DNA of 63,061 nucleotides from Planctomycetota bacterium (GTDB lineage: Bacteria > Planctomycetota > PLA2 > JAEUHO01), in the NCBI GenBank assembly GCA_965223505.1, contig CBDCWP010000001.1, positions 1-63,061 of the forward strand, given 5' to 3'. Shown here in pieces: positions 47,989 to 56,276 of the stretch. The notes beneath the pieces are model-generated. The model had not been told where the DNA came from and did not search any database. It saw only the letters and a list, made by a program, of their open reading frames with translations. The translations under genes and the position numbers were made by a program. How positions within the stretch are numbered: the first letter of the stretch is position 1; each line of letters starts with the position of its first letter.

Positions 47989-50900
47989 CTACCCGGCGGC
48001 GACGGCTTCCTGGTACTCCGTCAGCCGCACCGCGACGCGCTTGCTCACGCCCGGCTCCTCCATCGTCACGCCGTACAGCACGTCCGCCGTCTCCATCGTG
48101 GCCTTCGCGTGGGTCACGATGAGGAACTGGCAGCGGTCGGTGAACTCCCCCACCAGGCTCACGAGCCGGCGCACGTTCGCCTCGTCGAGCGCCGCGTCGA
48201 CCTCGTCGAGAACCGAGAACGGGCTCGGCTTCGTCTTGAAGACCGCGAACAGCAGCGCCACCGCGGTCAGGGTGCGCTCGCCGCCGGAGAGCAAGCTGAT
48301 CGTGCGCTGCTCCTTGCCGGGCGGGCGCGCGACGATCTCGATGCCGGACTCGAGTACGTTCGAGGCGTCCTCGAGCACGATCTCCGCCCGTCCGCCGCCG
48401 AACAGACGGCGGAACGTCTCGCGGAAGTTCTCGCGGATGACCTCGAACACCTCGCCGAAGCGCTCCGTCGAGAGTTGGTCGAGCTCGTGAATGGCGCGCT
48501 CGAGGTCGCTCTTCGCCTGCAGCAGGTCCTTCTCCTGATTCTGCAGGAACGTGACGTGCTCTTCGACTTCCTCGAGCTCGGCGATCGCGTTGAGGTTCAC
48601 GTTGCCGAGCCCGGCGAGCTTGGTGCGCAGCGTATCGACCTCGGCGTCCATGGCACCGAGATCGATGTCTTCCGTCGCCTCGGTCTCCTGCGAGACGGCC
48701 GCGAGATCGAGGTCGTGATCCTGCCGCACCTGATCGAGCAGCGACTCGATGCGAACGCGGAATTCGGAGTCGCGCAGACGGAATGCCTCGAGCTCGCTTC
48801 GCAGCTGATCGTGAAGGTCCGCCACCTCGCGTTGCCGGCGATGGACGTCGCTCGTGGACGACTCGAGATCGTCGAGCACTTTCCGCGCCGCGACGAGGGC
48901 GTTGCCCGCCTGCTCACGCTCGGCTTCACGCTGGCGCATGGTCGCCTGGGCCTCGGTGACCTCGACCTCGGCCTTCGACATGCGCTGCGACAGCTCCTCC
49001 GCCTCTCGGTCCAAGCCGGCGGCGCGTTCCTCGAGCCCGCGCGCCTCTTCGTGCGCACGCTCGACGCGGCGGCGCGCCGCTTCGGCACGTGAACGCGCCT
49101 CGGCCTGCGCGAGGCGTACGTCCATGCGGTGTTCGGAGGCGCGCTTGCGCGCGGCGTCGATGGCGAGATAGCCGCGCGCGGCTTCCTCCGCCTTTTCCTC
49201 GAGCGACTCGCGCTCGGTCTCGAGCGCGGCGACGCGCGCGGCGACCTCTTCCGCCGATCGACGCGAGTCACCCAGAAGCCCGTTGAGCTCCGCGGTCTCC
49301 GCGCCCAGGACCTCGAGACTCTGCTCGACGTGCGCGCGTTCCTTCTCGACGCGCGCGAGCGCCTCGCCGCGCCGGCTCTTGTCCTCGGCGCGGTCGGCCA
49401 GCTCGGTCCGGAGGCGGCGAATCTCCTCGTCGCTCTGCTTGACGGCTTCGTCGGCGGCTTGCGCCTCGGCGCGCGCCTGGTCGGCTTCGCCCGAGAGGCG
49501 CTCCAGGTCCGCGCGCAGCGCGCGGATCTCGGCGGTGCGCTCCACGAGGCCCATCGAGTGCGCGTCCTGTCCACCCAGCACGGCGCCCGAGGTCGTGACC
49601 CGCTCGCCCGCCTCGGTCACGGCGTTGACGCCGCGCTCCCGAAACGCGCGAATGCCGGCCGACAGGTCGGGCACCAGCTCCGTGCCGTCGATGACCGAGC
49701 CGACGAGGCGCTCGATCAGGAAGTCGCATCCGAGTGGCGCGACCTCGGCGACGCGCTCCTCCGCGCCGGGTCGCACGAGGTCGAGGCAGAGGAACCGGGC
49801 CCGCGCACCCTTGCCGTGGTTGCGAAGCCACTGGATCCACGACAGCGCATCGTCCGCCGTCTGCACGACGAGCGCGCCGGCGGCGTGACCGAGCAGGCGA
49901 TCCAGCTTGACGGCCTTGTCCGGCGCCGGGCGCACGAGGTCGGCCAACAGGCCGAGCACGCCGCGGCGGCTTCCGTCACCGTCCGCCGCTTCGCCCGCAA
50001 GCTCTTCCATGACGAGCCGCGCGCCTTCGTCGACGCCTTCGTTCGCGGCCGCCAGACGCTGCAGGACCTCGAGCCGCGCGGCCTTCGTCGCGCGGGCTTC
50101 GGAGACCTCGGCGCGTTTCGCCGTCGCGGCCTCCGCCGCGCTCAACCGTTGCGCGCGGCGCTCCTCGGCCGCCTCGAGCGCCGCCGCGCGCTCGCGCGAT
50201 TCCGCCTCGAAGCTCGCTGCGAGCGCGTAGAGCTCGCGCGCCTCCGCTTCGATCTTCTCGCGCTGCACCTGCTGCTCGGCATGCTGCGCCGCCAAGCGCT
50301 GCAGACGTTCCTGCGCCTGCCGGATCTCCGCGCGGTACTCGGCTTCTTCGTTGCGCGCGTCGCCGATCCGGCCGAGCGCGTTCAGCGCTTCGCGTTTCGC
50401 GCCTTCGTGGGCGTCACGAATCGACGCGGCCTCGCGGTCGAGCCGCTCGAGCTCCTCGTCGGCACCGCGCACGCGCGCGTTCTGCTGCTCGGCCTCGCCG
50501 TCGGCGCGCGCGGCGTCTTCCTCGAGGCGCTTGACCTCGTCGCGAATCTCTTCGATGCGCGCACGCGCGACGCGCGCCTGCTCTCTGGCGCTCGCAACGC
50601 GTGCACGCAGGTCTTGGATGGTCATCGCGGCGTACTTGGCGCGGTCGTCGGCGGCGCGCGCGTCGGCGGCGGCGCCCGCGATCTGCGCTTCGACCTCGTG
50701 GACGGTCTCGCGCGCAGCCTCCCGCTCGGCGTCGGCCGTACGCACGCGTTCCTCGATGGACGCGAGCTCGTTCGCGGCCGCGGACTCCTTCTCGAGCACC
50801 GCGGCCATGCTGCTTTGCAGGGACTCGCGCTCCGCGGCGATCGAGCGATAGCGAACGACGGCGCGCAGGACACGCTTCTTCGACAGGTCCTCGCGCAGCG

Positions 50901-51549
50901 CCTGGTAGCGGCGAGCGCGCGAGGCCTGATTGCGCAACGACCGGAAGCGCTTCTCTTCCAGCTCCAACACGTCGCGCAGGCGTTCGAGGTTGTCCTGGGT
51001 GCGCCGCAGCCGCTGGTCGGCCTCCTTGCGGCGCTGCTTGTAGCGGCTGACGCCGGCGGCTTCCTCGAAGATGCCGCGCCGGTCGTGCGGGTTGGCGGCG
51101 AGCAGGGCGTCGATCTGCCCCTGCTCCATGATCGAGTTGCCCTCGTGCCCCAATCCCGTGTCGAGGAAGAGCTCGCGGATGTCGCGCAGGCGCGCGGTCT
51201 GGCCGTTGATGAGGTACTCGCTGTCCCCGGCGCGATGCAGGCGCCGCGTCACGGCGACCTCGGTGTGCTCGGTGGGCAGCAGGCCGTCTTCGTTGTCGAG
51301 GATGAGGGAGACCTCGGCCATGCCCAGGGCCTTGCGGGTCCGGGATCCGGCGAAGATCACGTCGTCCATGCGCTTGCCGCGCAGGCTGCGGGGACTCATG
51401 TCGCCGAGCACCCACTTGATGGCGTCGACGACGTTGCTCTTGCCGCAGCCGTTGGGACCGACGATGGCAGATACGCCTTCGCCGAACTCGAACACCGTTC
51501 GATCGGCAAAGGACTTGAACCCTTGCACTTCCAAGCGCCGGATCTTCAT
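47989..51549 (-). CDS. smc: chromosome segregation protein SMC
   Basis: GFKSF, GPNGCGKSN (Walker A), coiled coils, hinge, LSGGE signature, VLDEVDAALD (Walker B). Confidence 0.97.
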   Translation of the reverse strand: MKIRRLEVQGFKSFADRTVFEFGEGVSAIVGPNGCGKSNVVDAIKWVLGDMSPRSLRGKRMDDVIFAGSRTRKALGMAEVSLILDNEDGLLPTEHTEVAVTRRLHRAGDSEYLINGQTARLRDIRELFLDTGLGHEGNSIMEQGQIDALLAANPHDRRGIFEEAAGVSRYKQRRKEADQRLRRTQDNLERLRDVLELEEKRFRSLRNQASRARRYQALREDLSKKRVLRAVVRYRSIAAERESLQSSMAAVLEKESAAANELASIEERVRTADAEREAARETVHEVEAQIAGAAADARAADDRAKYAAMTIQDLRARVASAREQARVARARIEEIRDEVKRLEEDAARADGEAEQQNARVRGADEELERLDREAASIRDAHEGAKREALNALGRIGDARNEEAEYRAEIRQAQERLQRLAAQHAEQQVQREKIEAEARELYALAASFEAESRERAAALEAAEERRAQRLSAAEAATAKRAEVSEARATKAARLEVLQRLAAANEGVDEGARLVMEELAGEAADGDGSRRGVLGLLADLVRPAPDKAVKLDRLLGHAAGALVVQTADDALSWIQWLRNHGKGARARFLCLDLVRPGAEERVAEVAPLGCDFLIERLVGSVIDGTELVPDLSAGIRAFRERGVNAVTEAGERVTTSGAVLGGQDAHSMGLVERTAEIRALRADLERLSGEADQARAEAQAADEAVKQSDEEIRRLRTELADRAEDKSRRGEALARVEKERAHVEQSLEVLGAETAELNGLLGDSRRSAEEVAARVAALETERESLEEKAEEAARGYLAIDAARKRASEHRMDVRLAQAEARSRAEAARRRVERAHEEARGLEERAAGLDREAEELSQRMSKAEVEVTEAQATMRQREAEREQAGNALVAARKVLDDLESSTSDVHRRQREVADLHDQLRSELEAFRLRDSEFRVRIESLLDQVRQDHDLDLAAVSQETEATEDIDLGAMDAEVDTLRTKLAGLGNVNLNAIAELEEVEEHVTFLQNQEKDLLQAKSDLERAIHELDQLSTERFGEVFEVIRENFRETFRRLFGGGRAEIVLEDASNVLESGIEIVARPPGKEQRTISLLSGGERTLTAVALLFAVFKTKPSPFSVLDEVDAALDEANVRRLVSLVGEFTDRCQFLIVTHAKATMETADVLYGVTMEEPGVSKRVAVRLTEYQEAVAAG

Positions 51550-51653
51550 GAGGGGAGTACCGCCGGCCCGCTAAGGAATGAATCGTCGGCGCGGACGGCC
51601 GACTTGACGCCCTGCGGCTGCGCCACAGGGCAAAACAGAGCTGCGGGGTGCCT

Positions 51654-52165
51654 CATGCGGTCCCTCCGCCGACGCCCCGAGCCACGCGGAGGTGGCACGT
51701 CCGGGTGGCTTGCCACCCGGCGCGGAGGACGTCTGTGTCACCGACGCGCGGGGTCATGTGGTTCCTCCGCCGACGCTGCGGGCCACGCGGAGGTGGCACG
51801 TCCGGGTGGCTTGCCAGGTCATGTGGTTCCTCCGCCGACGCTGCGGGCCACGCGGAGGTGGCACGTCCGGGTGGCTTGCCACCCGGCGCGGAGGACGTCT
51901 ACGCCACCGACGCGCGGGGTCATTGGGCCCCTCCGCCGACGCTGCGGGCCACGCGGAGGTGGCACGTCCGGGTGGCTTGCCACCCGGCGCGGAGGACGTC
52001 TACGCCACCGACGCGCGGGGTCATTGGGCCCCTCCGCCGACGCTGCGGGCCACGCGGAGGTGGCACGTCCGGGTGGCTTGCCACCCGGCGCGGAGGACGT
52101 CTGCGCCACCGACGCGCGGGGTCATTGGGCCCCTCCGCCGACGCTGCGGGCCACGCGGAGGTGGC
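51654..52165. repeat. tandem array of a 101-bp palindromic unit (REPIN/BIME-like)
   Basis: CTCCGCCGACG anchors at 51664, 51765, 51830, 51931, 52032 and 52133 (period 101, one 65-bp deleted unit). Each full unit has CCGGGTGG-CTTG-CCACCCGG and CCTCCGC..GCGGAGG stems. Confidence 0.92.
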
Positions 52166-54389
52166 GCAGCGGCCATGGGGCGAGGGAGTATTCGAAGACG
52201 CGTGCATCGTGTTCCACGGTGTCGAACGATGATCGCAGGTCCTGCAGGGGCGGCCGGCGCTCCCCGTCGATTCGGTGCCGCACCCGCACGCGGCTGCGCT
52301 CTCCGCCGCTCGGGTCGGCGCAGATGGGCTCCCGGCGCACACCCAATCCCAGGTCGGGGCGGTACGTGGGGGCCTCGCCCTCGGCCCACCACGTGGACGT
52401 CTGGGGAAAGCGCTCGCGATCGATGCGCGCCAGCCGCGAAGCCGCCTCTTCGCTGACCGCTTCGACGACGACGGCGTTGATCCGGTGCGCGGTCGCCTCG
52501 TGCATGACGCGCTGCGCTGCGTGCGAGACGATGCGCGTTCGAAGCGCCGCACGGGCGGCCTCCGAGTCGGCCTTGTGCGGCGCGAGCAGGGTGACCGCCT
52601 GATCCACGCCGACCAGCTCGACCAGGTGGCATGCGCTCTCCAAGTCGACGAGCGGATGGGTGCCGCGGCAGAGCTCGTACAGCGCCCCACCGGGATCGTT
52701 GCAGACCCCCAGCAGAAGGCCGTGGCGAGCCGCGGCCGCCTCGACCGCAAGACCGGCCAGGCGCTCGACCTCGCGCATGAAGTCGTGCAGGCCCGCCTTG
52801 CGCGTGCGTAGCGCCGCGGCGACGAGGTTGACCGCGGTCGCGGAGGCGGCGGACACGTCGCCGCGATCGAACCGCAGCGGATCGAGGGCCTCGGACTCGG
52901 TGACACGGTGCCAGCGCGACCCACGCGAGGTCGTGGCGGCATCGTCCAGCACGATCACCGGCTCACCGGTCTGGGCGGCAGCGGTCAGCGCCTGGTTGAC
53001 CAGCGCGACCATGGCCGCGTCGCGGTCGCCGCGGCGAGGCACGAGAAGCGTGAGCGCGCACGGGACTTCGTGACCGTCGCGTCGAAGCGCGACCGCCTCG
53101 CGCAGGAACGCCCGCGTCACGCGCAGCGCGGCGTCGGCAAGATCGCCGTAGGTACGCCCGGGCGGTGAGGGCGGGGGCGTCTCGATCGAGCGCAGCCGCT
53201 CCGGCACCTCGGCCGAGAGCCCGAGCTCGACGGCCAGCAGGCCACCGCGCCGATGCCACGCGGCCAGGACCGGGCCGAGCAGGAGCTGGCGCACCTCCTC
53301 TCCCAGCGCGTCCTCGTCGAGGTGCGCCCAGAAGGGCGCGAGCAGGACGTTGACGTGCTCGAGCGCCAGCACGCGCGCGACGTGCGGCGCGTGCCGCAGC
53401 AGCACTTCTTCGAGGGCGCGCGTCACGCGGCGGATGCCGCCGCCGTGGGAGAAATGCTCACCGTCGAGATGCGCGCCGACGACGTTGGCCGCGTCGAGCC
53501 CGACGGCTGTGAGACGTAGCGGCGCGCCGAGGTCGTAGGCGTGCAGGTCGCCCACGCGTTGCGCCTCCGCCACCGCCGGGGGCAAGACGCCGTCGAGCAG
53601 ATGCCGCGCGATCATGCGCTCGCCCAGTCCGGCGGCCACGCTCGCCGGCGAGGTCGCACGCCGGTGCGTGAGCCCTTCTCGAAGCGCCCGGTCGATGTGG
53701 GACGCGGGCAGGCCGACGACCTCGCCGCGACCGATGGTCGAGGTGCGGCCGCGACGGAACATCTCGGTGCGCACGAGCGCGATCAGCAGGTCCTGCGAGA
53801 TCCGCGGCACGCCCGAGCTGAGAATCTGCTCTTCGACGCTGCGCGCGATGTCCTCGGCCTCGTTGCGATCGAGCCGGTCCTGACGTTCGAGCGCGTGCAC
53901 GATCTCGGCCTTCGACCAGCGGCGGGTGCCCGTACGCGAAGCCGCGCTCGTCGCGGCGTCGGCGACGTCCGGCTCACTCGCTTCGGGCAGCACCGACGCC
54001 GGCGAACCGGAGCCCACGAGGGGACGAACGGCGTCTTCTACGGCGCCCGGGACGTGGGCCTCGGCGCGGCGTCGCCGGGCCTGGGCGCGGCGGTCGCGAT
54101 AGAGGATGTACGACTTGGCGGTGCGCGCGTGGCCGGCCTCGATCAGCACGCGCTCGACGGTGTCCTGGACATCCTCGATGGTCGGGATCCAGAGCCGCGC
54201 GCGGGCGCTCTCGCCGCCCGGCGCCAGACGCTCCAGCTGGCTGGTCACGACACCGGCGAGCTCCTCGGCCAAGAAGCGGTCCTCGCCGCCGACCGACTGC
54301 GCGGCGCGGAAGATGGCCTCCGCGATCTTCTCTCGGTGGAAGGGCACGAGCCGGCCGTCCCGCTTTCGAACCTGTCGAATTCGCTTCAA
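52122..54389 (-). CDS. ATP-cone plus degenerate class III ribonucleotide reductase (NrdD)-like protein
   Basis: ATP cone (VRKRDGRLVPF..EKI...IEDVQDTVERVL...AKSYILYR); NrdD-like remnants GDLHAYDLG, VNL..AA, LVGVDQAV, RLARIDRERFP; no glycyl-radical or Zn motifs; start overlaps the nrdR stop. Confidence 0.8.
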   Translation of the reverse strand: MKRIRQVRKRDGRLVPFHREKIAEAIFRAAQSVGGEDRFLAEELAGVVTSQLERLAPGGESARARLWIPTIEDVQDTVERVLIEAGHARTAKSYILYRDRRAQARRRRAEAHVPGAVEDAVRPLVGSGSPASVLPEASEPDVADAATSAASRTGTRRWSKAEIVHALERQDRLDRNEAEDIARSVEEQILSSGVPRISQDLLIALVRTEMFRRGRTSTIGRGEVVGLPASHIDRALREGLTHRRATSPASVAAGLGERMIARHLLDGVLPPAVAEAQRVGDLHAYDLGAPLRLTAVGLDAANVVGAHLDGEHFSHGGGIRRVTRALEEVLLRHAPHVARVLALEHVNVLLAPFWAHLDEDALGEEVRQLLLGPVLAAWHRRGGLLAVELGLSAEVPERLRSIETPPPSPPGRTYGDLADAALRVTRAFLREAVALRRDGHEVPCALTLLVPRRGDRDAAMVALVNQALTAAAQTGEPVIVLDDAATTSRGSRWHRVTESEALDPLRFDRGDVSAASATAVNLVAAALRTRKAGLHDFMREVERLAGLAVEAAAARHGLLLGVCNDPGGALYELCRGTHPLVDLESACHLVELVGVDQAVTLLAPHKADSEAARAALRTRIVSHAAQRVMHEATAHRINAVVVEAVSEEAASRLARIDRERFPQTSTWWAEGEAPTYRPDLGLGVRREPICADPSGGERSRVRVRHRIDGERRPPLQDLRSSFDTVEHDARVFEYSLAPWPLRHLRVARSVGGGAQ

Positions 54390-54880
54390 CCCTTGCCCTT
54401 CTTGCGGCCCTTGGCGGACTTCTTCGAGCGGCGGGGCAGCATCGCTTTCAGCTCCTCCGCGAAATCCGTGATGTCCTCGAACTCCCGGTAGACCGAAGCG
54501 AAGCGGACGTACGCCACCTGGTCGACGTCGCGCAGTGCGTCCATCACCAGCTGGCCAATGTAGGAGACGGGGACCTCACTGTCGTACTTCTCGAGAACCT
54601 TGTTCTCGATGGCGGCCGTCGTGTCCTCCAGGACGGAGATCGGGATCGGACGCTTCTCGCACGCCTTGATGAGGCCGAGGAGGATCTTGCGGCGTTCGAA
54701 GGGCTCGCGCCGCTCGTCTTTCTTGATGACGCGCAGCGGGCTCTCTTCAATGCGCTCGTAGGTCGTGAAGCGGCGCTCGCAGGCCAGACACTCTCGACGG
54801 CGGCGGATGGCGAAGCCGTCGTTGCTGGCGCGCGAGTCGATGACCTTGTCATCGTCCTCTTTGCAGAACGGGCATCTCAC
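54386..54880 (-). CDS. nrdR: transcriptional repressor NrdR
   Basis: MRCPFC..DKVIDSR...IRRRREC..C..RFTTYE, ATP cone, DQVAYVRFASVYREF. Confidence 0.97.
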   Translation of the reverse strand: MRCPFCKEDDDKVIDSRASNDGFAIRRRRECLACERRFTTYERIEESPLRVIKKDERREPFERRKILLGLIKACEKRPIPISVLEDTTAAIENKVLEKYDSEVPVSYIGQLVMDALRDVDQVAYVRFASVYREFEDITDFAEELKAMLPRRSKKSAKGRKKGKG

Positions 54881-55041
54881 AGCCCAATCCTCGCGTCGAG
54901 CCCAAGCAAAGCCACCGCGTTCACCTGCCCTCCGGAGTCGACACGGAGCCGGAGGTCGGCAACGTGCTTACCGAACCTGCCGTCGGCCGCCCGCTCTCCC
55001 GCCGGGCCCCGCGACGCACGCCGCTCGTCCTGGAGGTCGAC

Positions 55042-55089
55042 CCCCAACACCTTGTGCCGACAAAACCCTACCACCCATACAGATGGTGT
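55042..55089. promoter_or_regulatory. tandem NrdR boxes upstream of nrdR
   Basis: CCCCAACACCTTGTGC (55042-55057) and CCCATACAGATGGTGT (55074-55089) resemble acaCwAtATaTwGtgt; 32 bp start to start. Confidence 0.65.
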
Positions 55090-55216
55090 GCAAAGGCGCC
55101 GAATGGCGGGTCTTGATTTCGTCGGAATTCCGTCTCGGGGTGAGGGCTGAGACGCATAATGGCGCAGCCTGAGCACTCCAGTGTCTTGATGACGCGTCAA
55201 CCGGGGGGCGCCTGCC

Positions 55217-55975
55217 TTGACCGTTGCCATCCTGGCCGACATCCACGCCAACATCGAAGCGCTGTCGACTGTCATGGACGACATGGCGCATCGGGGCATC
55301 AACCGGATCGTCTGCCTGGGCGACATCATCGGGTACGGGCCCAACCCGCGCGAGTGCCTGAAGTTGCTCTTCCCCTCCGAGGTCGCCATCATGGGCAACC
55401 ACGAGGAAGCGGTCATGTTCTACGGGGAGGACTTCAACCCGAAGGCACGGGCCTCCATCGAGTGGACGAAGGACCAGCTGAATTCCACGGAGTTCGAGCG
55501 GACCGAGAACTACGACATGTGGAACTTCCTCGGGACCATGCAGCAGGTCGTCGAGGACGGCGACGTCATGTACACGCACGGCAGCCCGCGGGTGCCCACG
55601 CGCGAGTACGTGGTTCCGGCGGACATCCGCAACCACGAGAAGATGCAGGGCATCTTCGATCTGATCACGAAGGTGTGTTTCATCGGGCACAGCCACATTC
55701 CGCACATCTACACGTCGGACATGAAGCACGCCTCGCCGGAGAAGCTGAACCACGCGATCGACCTGCGCAAGCTGGGGGATCGGAAGATCATCATCAACAC
55801 CGGCAGCGTGGGCCAGCCTCGCGACGGCGACCGTCGGCTGTCGTACGTGACGTTCGACGGCAACGTGGTCCGTTTCCACCGGCTCGAGTACGACGTCCAG
55901 ACGACGGTCGACAAGATCTACGCGGTCGACGAGATCCCGAACTTCCTGGCAGATCGGCTCCTAGTCGGCAGGTAG
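55217..55975 (+). CDS. metallophosphoesterase (calcineurin-like)
   Basis: DIHAN, LGDIIGYGP, GNHE, THGSP, GHSH, NTGSVGQPRD. Confidence 0.92.
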   Translation: MTVAILADIHANIEALSTVMDDMAHRGINRIVCLGDIIGYGPNPRECLKLLFPSEVAIMGNHEEAVMFYGEDFNPKARASIEWTKDQLNSTEFERTENYDMWNFLGTMQQVVEDGDVMYTHGSPRVPTREYVVPADIRNHEKMQGIFDLITKVCFIGHSHIPHIYTSDMKHASPEKLNHAIDLRKLGDRKIIINTGSVGQPRDGDRRLSYVTFDGNVVRFHRLEYDVQTTVDKIYAVDEIPNFLADRLLVGR

Positions 55976-56049
55976 CGAAGAAGACGCGGGGGGCCGGGCC
56001 GAGCGCGCCCTCCCACTGGCCCGGCGATGCACAGGCCGTCTCGGGCTTC

Positions 56050-56170
56050 CGGGAACACGGGATGCGGGACCCGGAATGCGGGAAACGGGACGTCCGACGG
56101 CAAGGTGGATCGACGCGTGAGGTGAGACGTCCCGTTTCCCTACTCCCGCGTCCCGTTTCCCGTCTCCCGT
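56050..56170. repeat. inverted pair of heptamer tandem-repeat tracts
   Basis: (nCGGGAn)-type heptamers at about 56050-56095 face (TCCCGnn) heptamers at about 56127-56170; GGGAAACGGGACGTC pairs perfectly with GACGTCCCGTTTCCC. Confidence 0.7.
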
Positions 56171-56276
56171 CTTCGGCCCCTTCGCGGCCCACGCCCCATC
56201 CCCCGTGAAAGAATCCAGGGGTTCCCCGCCGCGACCTAAACTCAACGGCTTCACCCCGGGTTTTGGGATCCGCCTG

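Noticed and set aside
51654..52165. CRISPR array
   Set aside because: Whole 101-bp units repeat with no unique spacers, and there are no cas genes in the window.
51648..52456. Repetitive proteins encoded by the tandem array
   Set aside because: The unit length (101) is not a multiple of 3, so the same peptides cycle through all frames; no coding signal.
49129..52602. 1157-aa plus-strand ORF, and similar long ORFs such as 55794-58931, 29010-31559, 2952-5030 and 25768-27717
   Set aside because: Antisense shadows of real genes (smc, yidC/radC, infB, mdh, hxlA), expected in high-GC DNA; no motifs.
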